From positions 1-64,000 of IMG/VR virus record IMGVR_UViG_3300008012_000023: a DNA stretch of 64,000 bases. One strand, given 5' to 3'. Both the position numbers and the translations under genes were made by a program. Under the pieces are notes generated by a model. It was not told the origin of the DNA, searched no databases, and saw only the letters and a list, made by a program, of their open reading frames with translations. Of the stretch, positions 52,072 through 62,206 are shown one piece after another (positions within the stretch are counted from its first letter, which is position 1; the number at the start of each line of letters is the position of its first letter). The stretch is from a virus.

Positions 52072-54633
52072 TTAGTTCAATCTCCTAAACTCAACATCTG
52101 TTTTACTATAGTCTACTTTATAGTATCCTGTATCAGTCATTACACTTGCCCATGGAACCTCTTGTGCCATTACGCCCTGATACGTTCCAGGCTGTTGTTT
52201 GTATTTAAACTGATAGATGTTAATTCCACGTGGTGATTTTCCAACAAGTGTAATTTCTTCTTTTAACCTTTTGTCGCTCCATTTAGAGAAAAAGCCTCCA
52301 ACCGCTGATGTAACAGATGCAAAAGTTTTTCCTATATTTGTGCCAAGGGTGCTGACCATTGATTTGACATTTGTGACCGCAGTCACTTTGCCTCCCATGA
52401 TATTCTTGTAAGTGTTTTGTACAAATGAAGCACCTTTTGAATATATTTCTAATTGTGATTTTCCTGTTATGGCACTTGCTACTTCTACACCTTTGGCTCC
52501 GATCTGCAGACCTGTGTTCACGGCATTGTACGCTTTATTGAATTTGCTAGAGTTGGATCTGAGTATTCCTAGTCCGGCCTGTGTGAGTCCAATTTTGTCA
52601 ATTTTGCCTGCACCTGCGGCTGTGTCAACGAAACTCAAAGCAGTATCTGGAATTCCCGCATTGTCCTGGAATATTCCTGCGATGGTGCTTGTCGACGACG
52701 TGGGAGACGAAAGGCTCTCAATCACCTTGCTGGCAGTGTTGCTGACTTTCTGAGAAAGATTTCCTGCCGTGAAAAGCACACCGGAATCTTTGACAAATAT
52801 TTGGTCTTTCAAAGTTTTGGATACCTCGCCTTTTATCGAACTTATGGTCTGGTCGATGGCATCGTTTACTCCTGCCGTTATCGGAGACATGGGATTGTTG
52901 GTCACACTATAAAGTGTATTGTAACTGTTTGTGAAATCGTCGGCGGCTTTTTGTATTTTTGCTATGGTGCCCACACTGGTTGATTTTTTTGAAATTTTGC
53001 TTGTGGCAGAATCTACTGTTCCTAATCCTATGCTTTCGAGGTGCGCCTGGAGATCTGCCTGGAACTGTCCTATCCTGATTGTGGGATTTTCGCTGGTTCT
53101 ATTTCTCTGAGCGATAAATTCTGCTGTGCCAGGAATTTTGTCATTTAGGCTTGGCCCCAATCCAACGAATGAAACAATTTTATCGTAGTGATAAGGAAAA
53201 GGTTCGTGCGTTGGCACTCTCATACCCGACATTGAAACGTTTCCTTCCACAGTCACTTCCAATGGACCTGCTTGATATTTTTCCATTGGGTTGACATCTG
53301 GCACGAACACGTGTCGCGTTCCTGTTCCAAACGGATTTGTATCTGTGGCATTTGTCCTTTCAAGGTTATTGAAAAGACTAGAATTGGTTCCAATACTGTT
53401 GAAATGCACCTGACCACCCGTCAAGTGATGTTGGCCTGATGCCATGTGTATCTGTTGTTGTCCTGCGTAACTCAATATAGAGCCGTTGGGTGCTTTTTCA
53501 GTGATGCTACCTGTGGTTGCCTGTAACTGAATGTCTGTGTCTGAGTATTGCTGTATCGCTCCGCCGTCTATAACCATTTTGTTCAGAGAACGTAATTTTA
53601 TCTGATTCCTGGCAAACATATTGATGTCAGAATCACTGTGAAGATTTAGATCTCCGCCTGCCCTGATGTTTACCGAGTTTCCGGCGTATATGTCAATTGC
53701 TCCGTTGGCGGAAAATTCCATCCAAACATTTCCTGATCCATTTGCTAGATATACAACACCGGCCGAGTCATTCAAAAGCAATTGATGTCCTGAAGCACTT
53801 CTCATCCTGACTAGTTGATTTTCTCCGGCACTGTCACCATCGTCCATGACGAAAGTGTGACCAGTCAGTCTATCCACTATCTCCTGCTTGATCGAATCAA
53901 CACCGCCTATTTTTCGTTTTTTGCCTCGCGGGTCTTTCCTTCCCGGTGTGCTTATTCCGTAGACCTGGCTTGGAGATTCTCTTCTGGCGCTAGATGTGGT
54001 TGTTCCCCTGACCGCGTCCTGTATAAGTCCTTCCTGCCTTAATGTTTCAGCGAAAGGATGCACAGGCTGTTTGATGTTGCCGGGGGAGTCCGCCAAAAGA
54101 CGTGTGTTGATTTCTCCGGCCGGAACCTTGTCTGTGCCATACAAGTCTTCTTTGGATAATTGAAAATCACCCATGGCATCAACTTGCGTATTGGTGGATG
54201 CCGCTATTCCAGGAGTCATAAAATTGTTGTTTGGTTCTGGTATACACCCTATCCAGTAGGCCTGGCTGGCGTCGCCCTCGACGAATAAAACCATGACTCT
54301 GGTTCCCACATCTGGTGGTACCATCCACATTCCATATGAGTGCCTGGATTGGCTGTAACTACCGGGTGCATCACTGTTGTTATAACTGCCTTCTGTGTGT
54401 TCGGCACCTTTGGTTCCATAAAAAGGAGTCATATATCTGCATATAACTTCGTGCGATTGGTAGGTTTTTGTTGTTCCCACCGATGCTTCTATTATTATCG
54501 CTATTCTACCCAATCTTTCTGGGTCTCTGTTATTTGTAACCAACCCCACATAAGGACCAGAGTTTTTTTCCACCATCTTCTGTAACTGAAGACTTGGTTT
54601 AATTGTTGAAAAATCTCCGAATTGAGTTGACAT
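52072..54633 (-). CDS. baseplate hub/spike protein (gp5/VgrG-like) with C-terminal S74-like chaperone
   Basis: OB fold DPERLGRI..YGMWMVPPDVGTRVMV.F..G..WIGC; beta-helix; C-term SDKRLKEEI..IYQFKY..GVMAQEV. Confidence 0.8.
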   Translation of the reverse strand: MSTQFGDFSTIKPSLQLQKMVEKNSGPYVGLVTNNRDPERLGRIAIIIEASVGTTKTYQSHEVICRYMTPFYGTKGAEHTEGSYNNSDAPGSYSQSRHSYGMWMVPPDVGTRVMVLFVEGDASQAYWIGCIPEPNNNFMTPGIAASTNTQVDAMGDFQLSKEDLYGTDKVPAGEINTRLLADSPGNIKQPVHPFAETLRQEGLIQDAVRGTTTSSARRESPSQVYGISTPGRKDPRGKKRKIGGVDSIKQEIVDRLTGHTFVMDDGDSAGENQLVRMRSASGHQLLLNDSAGVVYLANGSGNVWMEFSANGAIDIYAGNSVNIRAGGDLNLHSDSDINMFARNQIKLRSLNKMVIDGGAIQQYSDTDIQLQATTGSITEKAPNGSILSYAGQQQIHMASGQHHLTGGQVHFNSIGTNSSLFNNLERTNATDTNPFGTGTRHVFVPDVNPMEKYQAGPLEVTVEGNVSMSGMRVPTHEPFPYHYDKIVSFVGLGPSLNDKIPGTAEFIAQRNRTSENPTIRIGQFQADLQAHLESIGLGTVDSATSKISKKSTSVGTIAKIQKAADDFTNSYNTLYSVTNNPMSPITAGVNDAIDQTISSIKGEVSKTLKDQIFVKDSGVLFTAGNLSQKVSNTASKVIESLSSPTSSTSTIAGIFQDNAGIPDTALSFVDTAAGAGKIDKIGLTQAGLGILRSNSSKFNKAYNAVNTGLQIGAKGVEVASAITGKSQLEIYSKGASFVQNTYKNIMGGKVTAVTNVKSMVSTLGTNIGKTFASVTSAVGGFFSKWSDKRLKEEITLVGKSPRGINIYQFKYKQQPGTYQGVMAQEVPWASVMTDTGYYKVDYSKTDVEFRRLN

Positions 54634-54638
54634 ATGAA

Positions 54639-57005
54639 TTACTTACTAAAAAATTTTTTAATTTTTTGGGTTATTGAGTTGAAAAGATCACGTATGCTAG
54701 GTCCTTCGGGAATCTCGCTATCGTCCACGATGCCCCGCCATGCGTCTAAATATTTGTCTTTGCTGGTTGGTACGTTACCAAAATTAGTTTTAGTAAACTC
54801 GTCTGGCAATGGATCTTTGACCTTGATTCCTTGGTTCCTAAATCTTGCCATGTGAAGCATTTGTCTAAATTGTCCCCTATCAAATATATTTTCTATTCTA
54901 AAAATCCTGTACAACCCACTGAACGGTATTCTGTCTCCCTGATTCAATTTGTAAGTACCTGATTCGCTGTCTATGTCGACAGGAAATCTAAAGTCCAGTG
55001 CCACATATGGTTCTGCCATGTTCAAATTATAACTTTGAGAATTTTCATCGAACGCATTGTATGACCCATCGTTTACGCTTCTGTTTTTGTTGTTCCATAC
55101 TCCCGGTCCAGAAAGATCATTTATGCTTGGTGTAAGCAAGGGTGCGAATTGGTTGTTACTTAGATAGACAGGATCACCCAATATTTCCATCTCTATCTTG
55201 ACCATGTCACCTTCGGGGTTACTGAATGCATCCTGGAATTGTACTAAACTTTCATTTACTCCCGACACTCCTGTTCCTGCTGTTTTTCCTCCGCCGGGAT
55301 ATGCGGCATTTGGCAAGTCGGGTTCAACATTTTCTGTGTCATCGGACAAGTTTCCCGTCTGTCCCGATCCTGGCTTGACCACTGTGGCGTACTGTTGCGG
55401 AGCAAGTGCCTTGTATCTCGGATTGTAGTATGCCACATTGTATCTTAAATTTAGATTTAATATTTCTGTATTTTCTCCAGTGAAAACATATTGATATTTT
55501 TTCCTTGCTAAAAATTTGTTATTGATAGCAACAAAGTTCCTAAATTTAGAATGCAGACCAGGCTGTGTGTAATTCAAAATGTGTATTTTGATCGGCTCAA
55601 TATGGAAATGAATTATTTTTGAATGCTGTTTTGTTTTTATGTCTATTGTTGATTTTTGTTTTAGGTTTGTAGTGACCTTGAAATACCTGACATAAAATTT
55701 GTCCTCATTATCCATTATAAATTTTGCTTTGGCCTCTTCGCTTACTAATTTGTCAATGGTGTCACCTAGTTCACCGTTTGCCTTGACTGCCCAATCTCTC
55801 AATCTTTCTTTATCATTGTTGTATGGTGGTATCAATTTCATTACTTCGATAAGATGCTGACTAATACCCGTGCCCTTGTCGATGGTCGCTAATCTGTTGG
55901 CCAGTTGTTTGTTTGTGTTAAATTTTTTTTCATCTGCATTGTTTTCGGTCAAAGAGTCGTCGTCTACATCTGTGGGTGAAAGTCTCGTGTAATTGATGTT
56001 GCTGGCTTTGTCAATAACAAAACTTGCGTCTAGTGTGGGATCGCAGGTCACCAAATACTGGTCTGCTGTGTCTGGTCCAAATTGTTTCTGGTCTATTTCA
56101 ATTTTTATCATTTCATTAAGTGCTTTTGTTAGGTCTTTGCAGTAATCGGAAAGTTTGCCCCCACTTTTGATGTCAACACTAATGGGACTTCTTGTGTAAT
56201 TGAATCTATTCATGAATGCGTATTCGTTGATAGGCACGGCATTCACGTTGTATTGTGCGCCTCCTTGATTGACGTCGATCTGCATCTGGGTTATATGAAT
56301 CGGTATTGAACGTTTAAGGTTATCGCCGTTGACCAAAGGTTTTCCGTGACTGTCGTACCCTTTGTATTCCACTGTCAACAGGAACGGTGCTGTCACGTGA
56401 TCCTTGAATCCCGAAGCGTTTGCGGCGCCTCTGACCTTTGTCACTAGGCTGAGACCATATGGTTCTGCGATGCTCATTTCAATATTTGTCACTGACGTAA
56501 ATTGCCTTGATGGGTCGGCAACAGGCACTGTTGTGATATTACAGGTTTCAATAAAAAAATCATGAGCCCTTGTAAGGACTGATTTGGCAAAGTCAGTAAT
56601 CTGTCTCTGTTCTACTGTTCTTGCCGATGCGTCGCTGGTCATGGCATCCGAGTTCTCGTTGACCTGTGCTTCTGGAAAAATGCTGTTAGACTGATCAATA
56701 AAGTTTAGACTGCCATTTATACCACCGGTCCTTGCTATTACATTCCTGGGCCTGTATCCTCCCTTCAAATAGGCCACCGACTCCAGTTCTTCTCTGGTCA
56801 GGGCACTCAGGGTGAATATGCTGGAAAAACTAGAAAAACGTGCCAGCGGATTGTCGTAATTTATTTTTGCTCTTTGTTGTGTCGAATCTACTTTTACAAC
56901 TGTCTTGCTCGAGAAAGCATTTTCGTTGAAAGTATTGATTTCTTCTTGAATCTTGATCTTTTGTTGATCTTTTATTTTCTGTCTTTTTTCGTAACGTGTA
57001 ACCAT
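54639..57005 (-). CDS. putative baseplate hub protein
   Basis: Between gp53-like and gp5-like genes; I.EPYG..APFLL.VEYKG; EILGDP; FSGLYRI..IENIF..GQFRQ.L. Confidence 0.6.
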   Translation of the reverse strand: MVTRYEKRQKIKDQQKIKIQEEINTFNENAFSSKTVVKVDSTQQRAKINYDNPLARFSSFSSIFTLSALTREELESVAYLKGGYRPRNVIARTGGINGSLNFIDQSNSIFPEAQVNENSDAMTSDASARTVEQRQITDFAKSVLTRAHDFFIETCNITTVPVADPSRQFTSVTNIEMSIAEPYGLSLVTKVRGAANASGFKDHVTAPFLLTVEYKGYDSHGKPLVNGDNLKRSIPIHITQMQIDVNQGGAQYNVNAVPINEYAFMNRFNYTRSPISVDIKSGGKLSDYCKDLTKALNEMIKIEIDQKQFGPDTADQYLVTCDPTLDASFVIDKASNINYTRLSPTDVDDDSLTENNADEKKFNTNKQLANRLATIDKGTGISQHLIEVMKLIPPYNNDKERLRDWAVKANGELGDTIDKLVSEEAKAKFIMDNEDKFYVRYFKVTTNLKQKSTIDIKTKQHSKIIHFHIEPIKIHILNYTQPGLHSKFRNFVAINNKFLARKKYQYVFTGENTEILNLNLRYNVAYYNPRYKALAPQQYATVVKPGSGQTGNLSDDTENVEPDLPNAAYPGGGKTAGTGVSGVNESLVQFQDAFSNPEGDMVKIEMEILGDPVYLSNNQFAPLLTPSINDLSGPGVWNNKNRSVNDGSYNAFDENSQSYNLNMAEPYVALDFRFPVDIDSESGTYKLNQGDRIPFSGLYRIFRIENIFDRGQFRQMLHMARFRNQGIKVKDPLPDEFTKTNFGNVPTSKDKYLDAWRGIVDDSEIPEGPSIRDLFNSITQKIKKFFSK

Positions 57006-57011
57006 GACATC

Positions 57012-57311
57012 TTATATTCCCAGATCGTCTTTTAGACTAGACAATTTTGGCAGTTGTATGGTCACTCCTGGAGAGAAGTCATATATGGGATCTTCTATCT
57101 CGTCTGGATTCCTTTGTGCAAAAACCCACCACAATCTCGGAGATCCATACAAGTCATATGCCAACAAGTCCGGCCTGTAAGCATAAATTCTGTCTATGGT
57201 ATAACTGACGTCGTCGTCTCTCGCAGTTATTGGTCTAGGAACAAAAAAATCTAAATTTAAATTGTTCTGTGGCGTGACAGCGTACGGTGAGGTATTGCTA
57301 TACTTTGCCAT
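57012..57311 (-). CDS. baseplate wedge protein gp53-like (LysM-like)
   Basis: YRPDLLAYDLYGSPRLWWVFAQRN. Confidence 0.85.
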   Translation of the reverse strand: MAKYSNTSPYAVTPQNNLNLDFFVPRPITARDDDVSYTIDRIYAYRPDLLAYDLYGSPRLWWVFAQRNPDEIEDPIYDFSPGVTIQLPKLSSLKDDLGI

Positions 57312-58210
57312 TAAATGAATCCTATTTGTTCTATGTTGTTTCCAGAATCTTTACCTGTAAGTTTTCCATTTGCGAACTCCTGCAGACTGAATCCTTTTAC
57401 TGCTTCCCTGCTGTAGATAGGTTGTATCTGCACTGTGAAGATGCTAGAAGTTGGTGCCCAGGTTTCTGGAATCCTTGTAGAAGTAGACGAATACGATCCT
57501 TCACTTGCTTCGGGTAGATCTGCGCCTTGCGAGGTGCAGATATAATCAACGTTGTTTGTCATTTCAACCGTGAAGTTAGTGACCACCACTGGTATATTTT
57601 TGAACACGTGTTGACCGTAACCGTTTAACAACAATATAGGCGGTGGACTTCCTTTGAAATTTTCTTCTCCTCCAAAAAACATTTTTGTTACTGTTCTTAG
57701 AAAGTGCAGTGTTGCTACCCAATGCTGGGCATCGTCTTGATTTTGTACTGGAAACTCTCCAACTATTGTCATGTTGCTGGTTTCTGAATTTTGGTATGCG
57801 TAAAAAGGATAATTGTTGTGGACCATCGCCATTGGATTGTAAGCGGCCTGGTGCTGTATAATCACGTTTGGCGTCAATGGAAAAATAATTCCTCCAGTAT
57901 CTGATAATCTAGAAAGTATGCTGTATTTGGTGCCACCGGTTGTCTTGTCCTGTTTCTGTCCGTCTCCAAACATTACCTGTCGCAGATATGTGTTCGCTGT
58001 AGGAACTGTAAGTCTTACACGCCAGTCTGTCTGAAAATCTCTTCGGGTCCATGACGCATCCGCTCTCTGCCTCAAAGGCGATTCTGCGCCTTGCTGTAAT
58101 CCGGCACCCAGTAACCTGCCCAATGTTCTGTTGAAAACATTCGAGGCTACACCGCCTATCACATTGGCTAGTGATTTACCATCTGGGTTTGTCAAATTTG
58201 ATTCACTCAT
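57311..58210 (-). CDS. baseplate tail-tube initiator/cap (gp48/gp54-like)
   Basis: GIIFPLTP..Y..HNNY..F..Q..HFLRTVTKMFFG..PPP..L.GYG..NIPVVV..F; start moved to MSESNL because the track start overlaps promoters. Confidence 0.65.
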   Translation of the reverse strand: MSESNLTNPDGKSLANVIGGVASNVFNRTLGRLLGAGLQQGAESPLRQRADASWTRRDFQTDWRVRLTVPTANTYLRQVMFGDGQKQDKTTGGTKYSILSRLSDTGGIIFPLTPNVIIQHQAAYNPMAMVHNNYPFYAYQNSETSNMTIVGEFPVQNQDDAQHWVATLHFLRTVTKMFFGGEENFKGSPPPILLLNGYGQHVFKNIPVVVTNFTVEMTNNVDYICTSQGADLPEASEGSYSSTSTRIPETWAPTSSIFTVQIQPIYSREAVKGFSLQEFANGKLTGKDSGNNIEQIGFI

Positions 58211-58216
58211 TTTTCG

Positions 58217-58245
58217 TTGACTTAAATGTTTAAATTTTGTATAAT
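58217..58245 (+). promoter_or_regulatory. sigma70-like promoter for late sigma gene
   Basis: TTGACT-17-TATAAT. Confidence 0.7.
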
Positions 58246-58251
58246 CAATAG

Positions 58252-58259
58252 TATTTATA
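58252..58259 (-). promoter_or_regulatory. T4-type late promoter TATAAATA heading baseplate operon
   Basis: Exact TATAAATA on minus strand upstream of 58210. Confidence 0.7.
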
Positions 58260-58322
58260 GGCACAATTATAGGCGCACTTTATATCCCCTTCAGGCTCTA
58301 ATCGTTAATAAAACGGAGAAAT

Positions 58323-59261
58323 ATGAAAAAAGTAAACTATTTGAACAATCGAGACCTGATGCTCGAAATCCACAGGAGCAAGAACACCTACTGTTCATAC
58401 GTCGGAGAAGGCGACGACCAATACGATATTATCTTGACCGATGTGAAAAAAATTAATCAGCCAAACATCGCCAAAGCCAGAAAAGCACGTGCCAAAAGAA
58501 TGACGCAACAGGCATGGGAAGAAGCCAAGTCTCAAGGCATCAAGAGAGCAAAAATGAGCGACTACGAAGTTTCTCCCAGAAAAATAGACAAGACTGATCT
58601 AATTTTTAGGGTGATGTCTTTTGATCACATTCCGGTCGATTCCGAAAGGAAGAAAAATCCAAAAACACGTGCGGACCATCACGTGAAGATAAACTTTCCT
58701 CCATTCCAACACTTCAAACTTGACAAAAAAGGAAAACCAAGATGTGTGGGGAAAAGTCACTGGGTGGGAGGAATGAGCAACGGAGAATTTAAACACGACC
58801 ACGGTAAAATTACTAACAAACTGGCATTGATGTTCATGAAACTGTGCGAAAGATATGGCACAAGGTCAAACTGGAGAGGTTATACCTACAATGACGAAAT
58901 GCAGTCACAAGCGTTGATGCAATTGAGCCAGATAGGACTACAATTCGATGAATCAAAATCTGAAAATCCATTTGCGTACTACACCGCCGCAATCACAAAT
59001 TCATTTACTCGAATACTGAATCTTGAAAAGAAAAATCAAAATATCAGAGACGACATAATGGAGATGAATAATTTGATGCCTAGTTTCACAAGACAGAATC
59101 AAAACGAAGTAGAGGCAAAAAAATTTGCCGGCAAGTACAGAAAAGAAAAGCAAGAAGTTGCGCCTGTGAAAACTTACACAAAAAAAGCAATTAAAGAGTT
59201 GAATAAGAGGTTAAAAAATACAGGTAAAATTTCTGCTAACGATTTCGAAGAGGTAAAATAA
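58323..59261 (+). CDS. late-transcription sigma factor (T4 gp55-like)
   Basis: NYLNNRDL; NWRGYTYNDEM..AL..FDESKSENPFAYYT..NSF.R.L..EKK; next to gp47/gp46 as in T4. Confidence 0.8.
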   Translation: MKKVNYLNNRDLMLEIHRSKNTYCSYVGEGDDQYDIILTDVKKINQPNIAKARKARAKRMTQQAWEEAKSQGIKRAKMSDYEVSPRKIDKTDLIFRVMSFDHIPVDSERKKNPKTRADHHVKINFPPFQHFKLDKKGKPRCVGKSHWVGGMSNGEFKHDHGKITNKLALMFMKLCERYGTRSNWRGYTYNDEMQSQALMQLSQIGLQFDESKSENPFAYYTAAITNSFTRILNLEKKNQNIRDDIMEMNNLMPSFTRQNQNEVEAKKFAGKYRKEKQEVAPVKTYTKKAIKELNKRLKNTGKISANDFEEVK

Positions 59262-59264
59262 ACT

Positions 59265-60287
59265 ATGCCATTATTCAAAAAGGCGGCCTGTTTCACAGAC
59301 ATACATTTTGGGCTAAAAGGAAATTCTCGTGTACACAACGACGACTGTGAATCTTTTATCAAATGGTTCATACAACAGGCCAAAGCACAAGGTTGTGAAA
59401 CCTGTATTTTTCTAGGCGACTGGCATCACCACAGAAGTTCCACAAATGTATCCACAATGAACTACACAGTGTCAAACATGGAAAGACTAGGTGCGGCATT
59501 TGAAAAAGTTTATGTGATAATGGGCAATCATGATCTTTTCTACAGAGAAAAAAGAGAAATCAATTCCATGGAATTTATAAGATATATTCCAAATGTGCAT
59601 ATTGTCAACGAGTGGCTTGTCGACGATGAATGTGCTATTATTCCTTGGATAGTCGAAGACGAATATAAAAAAATACCCGAAATGAAACAGAAATATATCT
59701 TTGGACATTTTGAATTGCCATATTTCAAAATGAATGCCATGGTAGAAATGCCGGACGTGGGCACAATCCAGGCCGATCATTTTGTTAACCAAGAATATGT
59801 TTTTACAGGACATTTTCATAAAAGACAAATTAGGAAAAACATTCACTACATTGGTAATGCTTTTCCGCACAACTACGCAGATGCCGGTGACGACGAACGT
59901 GGCATGATGATTCTTGAGTGGGGCGGTCAGCCCAAATACTTTAATTGGCCCGGAATGCCAAAATATAGACACTATAAAATAAGCAACCTACTAGCAGACA
60001 CCGACAGGATGTTGGAAGAAAGGATGTATGTAAGGGTGGGTCTAGACATAAAAATTTCCTACGAAGAAGCCAATTTCATAAGAGAAACATTTATCGAAAA
60101 ATACAAATTGAGAGAACTACAACTGATACCCGAACAATTGGATCAGGCAGAGGCAAAACCTGTAAAAGTTGAAAAATTTGACTCAGTTGACCAGATTGTG
60201 ATCAAACAGTTGGAAAGCGTTGATTCAAAAACTTTTGATAAAAATATTTTAATGGCAATTTACAACAACTTAGATGTCAACAACTAA
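59265..60287 (+). CDS. recombination endonuclease subunit (gp47/Mre11/SbcD-like)
   Basis: TDIHFG, LGDW, GNHD, GHFE, GHFH. Confidence 0.9.
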   Translation: MPLFKKAACFTDIHFGLKGNSRVHNDDCESFIKWFIQQAKAQGCETCIFLGDWHHHRSSTNVSTMNYTVSNMERLGAAFEKVYVIMGNHDLFYREKREINSMEFIRYIPNVHIVNEWLVDDECAIIPWIVEDEYKKIPEMKQKYIFGHFELPYFKMNAMVEMPDVGTIQADHFVNQEYVFTGHFHKRQIRKNIHYIGNAFPHNYADAGDDERGMMILEWGGQPKYFNWPGMPKYRHYKISNLLADTDRMLEERMYVRVGLDIKISYEEANFIRETFIEKYKLRELQLIPEQLDQAEAKPVKVEKFDSVDQIVIKQLESVDSKTFDKNILMAIYNNLDVNN

Positions 60288-60450
60288 AAAAAGAATAACA
60301 AAAAAGAAATTAATGGAGATATTAAAAAAAACTCCAGAAGAACACAGGTTCATTGACGATTTTTTCACACGTAAAAGAACACACAAAGAGTGGTTACAGG
60401 AATACTGGAGATGGAGAGCAAAAAAGGAAAGACACGATGCTGACAATTAG
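60274..60450 (+). CDS. 58-aa basic protein (not in ORF track)
   Basis: MSTTKKRITKKKLMEILKKTPEEHRFIDDFFTRKRTHKEWLQEYWRWRAKKERHDADN*; overlaps both neighbours. Confidence 0.5.
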   Translation: MSTTKKRITKKKLMEILKKTPEEHRFIDDFFTRKRTHKEWLQEYWRWRAKKERHDADN

Positions 60451-62206
60451 GACTCTCACTGTAAAGAATTTCTTGTCTGTTGGCAATCAGGCTCAGGCCA
60501 TCAATTTTGACAACAAAAATTTAGTTTTAGTAATAGGTGAAAACATGGACCTCGGCGGTGATGACGCAGGGGCCAGAAACGGAACAGGAAAAACCACAAT
60601 CATTAATGCGATAAGTTATGTGTTTTTTGGCGATGCTCTCACGCAAATCAGGAAAGACAATCTAGTCAACAAAACAAACAACAAAGAAATGCTAGTGGCA
60701 GTGGAGTTTGAAAAAAATGGTACCAAATACAAAATCGAAAGAGGCAGAAAACCTCAGGTTTTGAGGTTCTACGCAAACGACATCGAGCAGGCATCCAACG
60801 AGGCACAAGGAGAGAACAGGGAGACTCAGGCAGAGATCAACAAACTTTTAGGTATGACTCACGCTATGTTCAAAAATATAGTGGCTCTAAATACCTATTC
60901 CCAACCGTTCCTGTCTACAAAACAAGCAGAACAAAGAGAAATCATAGAACAATTATTGGGAATAACACTTTTGAGTGAAAAAGCAGACATACTCAAGGAG
61001 CAAATGAAAGCAACAAAACTTCAATCAACCGAAGAAAAATATAAAATAGATTCCACCATTGCTTCAAATGAGAAAATAGAAGACTCGATAAAAAATTTGA
61101 AATTAAGAAATTCGGCATGGCAGTCAGCACAGAAAGAGGACATTAAAAAGTTTAATTCTGCTATTGAGGAATTGGAAAAGGTTGATATAAAGAACGAACT
61201 AGAACTACACAAAAAAATACAAAAGCAACAGGATGATCTCAAATCCCTTAGAAGTCTTGAAAAAGAACGTGCATACCACGAAGATAGCCTTACTAAGACT
61301 GTAAGACAACTGGATCTAAAAAAGAAAGACATAGATTATGCAAATGATGCCAAGTGTCCAACCTGTGAACAGTCACTGCACGACGAGAAACACCAACAAC
61401 TGTTAAAAAAACTTAATACCGATCTAGAAGAACTACAGAAAGACGAACAAAAACTATCTAATGAATTGAAAGAAATAAACAGTTCGATAGAAAAAATAGG
61501 TGATGTTGGTCCTTTACCAGACACTTTTTATGACTCAATCGATGAAGCATACAATCATCAGGGTACCTTGAAGGATTTGAAAAGACAACTGGAGCAAACA
61601 GAAAAAAAAGAAAATCCTTATCAAGAACAGATAGACGACCTAACAGATTCTGCCTTGCAGAAAATAGATTACACCAAACTAAATGAGTTGGAAGACCTAT
61701 CGAGACACCAGGATTTCTTATATAAACTACTGACGGCGAAAGATTCTTTTGTGAGAACAAGAATAATAGAGCAAAACCTAACATATCTAAATCAACGTTT
61801 GGCTTGGTACCTCAGTCAAGTAAAACTGCCACACACAGTAATTTTCCAATCCGACCTCACAGTGCAGATAGAAGAGCTAGGCAGAGAATTAGACTTTGAC
61901 AATTTGAGTCGAGGCGAAAGGAACAGATTGATTCTAAGTATGAGCTGGGCATTCAGAGACGTATGGGAGAGTCTGTATCAACAGATCAACTTGCTGTTCA
62001 TAGACGAATTGATAGACGCAGGTATGGATACATCGGGCGTGGAAAGTTCAATGGCAGTGCTAAAAGAAATGGCACGTACACAACAAAAAAATATATTCCT
62101 TATCTCACACAAAGACGAACTGGTAAGCAGGGTCAATTCTGTGCTTAAAGTGATCAAAGAAAACGGTTTTACAAATTACGCCAATGACGTGGAAATTGTC
62201 ATATGA
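60437..62206 (+). CDS. recombination ATPase subunit (gp46/Rad50/SbcC-like)
   Basis: KNFLS.G, NGTGKT, zinc hook CPTC, LSRGE, LFIDE, LISH; start MLTIR at 60437. Confidence 0.92.
   Translation: MLTIRTLTVKNFLSVGNQAQAINFDNKNLVLVIGENMDLGGDDAGARNGTGKTTIINAISYVFFGDALTQIRKDNLVNKTNNKEMLVAVEFEKNGTKYKIERGRKPQVLRFYANDIEQASNEAQGENRETQAEINKLLGMTHAMFKNIVALNTYSQPFLSTKQAEQREIIEQLLGITLLSEKADILKEQMKATKLQSTEEKYKIDSTIASNEKIEDSIKNLKLRNSAWQSAQKEDIKKFNSAIEELEKVDIKNELELHKKIQKQQDDLKSLRSLEKERAYHEDSLTKTVRQLDLKKKDIDYANDAKCPTCEQSLHDEKHQQLLKKLNTDLEELQKDEQKLSNELKEINSSIEKIGDVGPLPDTFYDSIDEAYNHQGTLKDLKRQLEQTEKKENPYQEQIDDLTDSALQKIDYTKLNELEDLSRHQDFLYKLLTAKDSFVRTRIIEQNLTYLNQRLAWYLSQVKLPHTVIFQSDLTVQIEELGRELDFDNLSRGERNRLILSMSWAFRDVWESLYQQINLLFIDELIDAGMDTSGVESSMAVLKEMARTQQKNIFLISHKDELVSRVNSVLKVIKENGFTNYANDVEIVI

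Noticed and set aside
28531-55438. Many 60-190 aa plus-strand ORFs opposite structural genes
   Set aside because: Antisense shadows of Thr/Gly/Ser-rich genes, with no RBS or motifs
58211-58264. ORF-track N-terminal extensions (here and at 1293, 20045, 24781, 35544, 60353, 63982)
   Set aside because: They overlap promoters or upstream genes; downstream starts fit coupling, RBS and promoter spacing better
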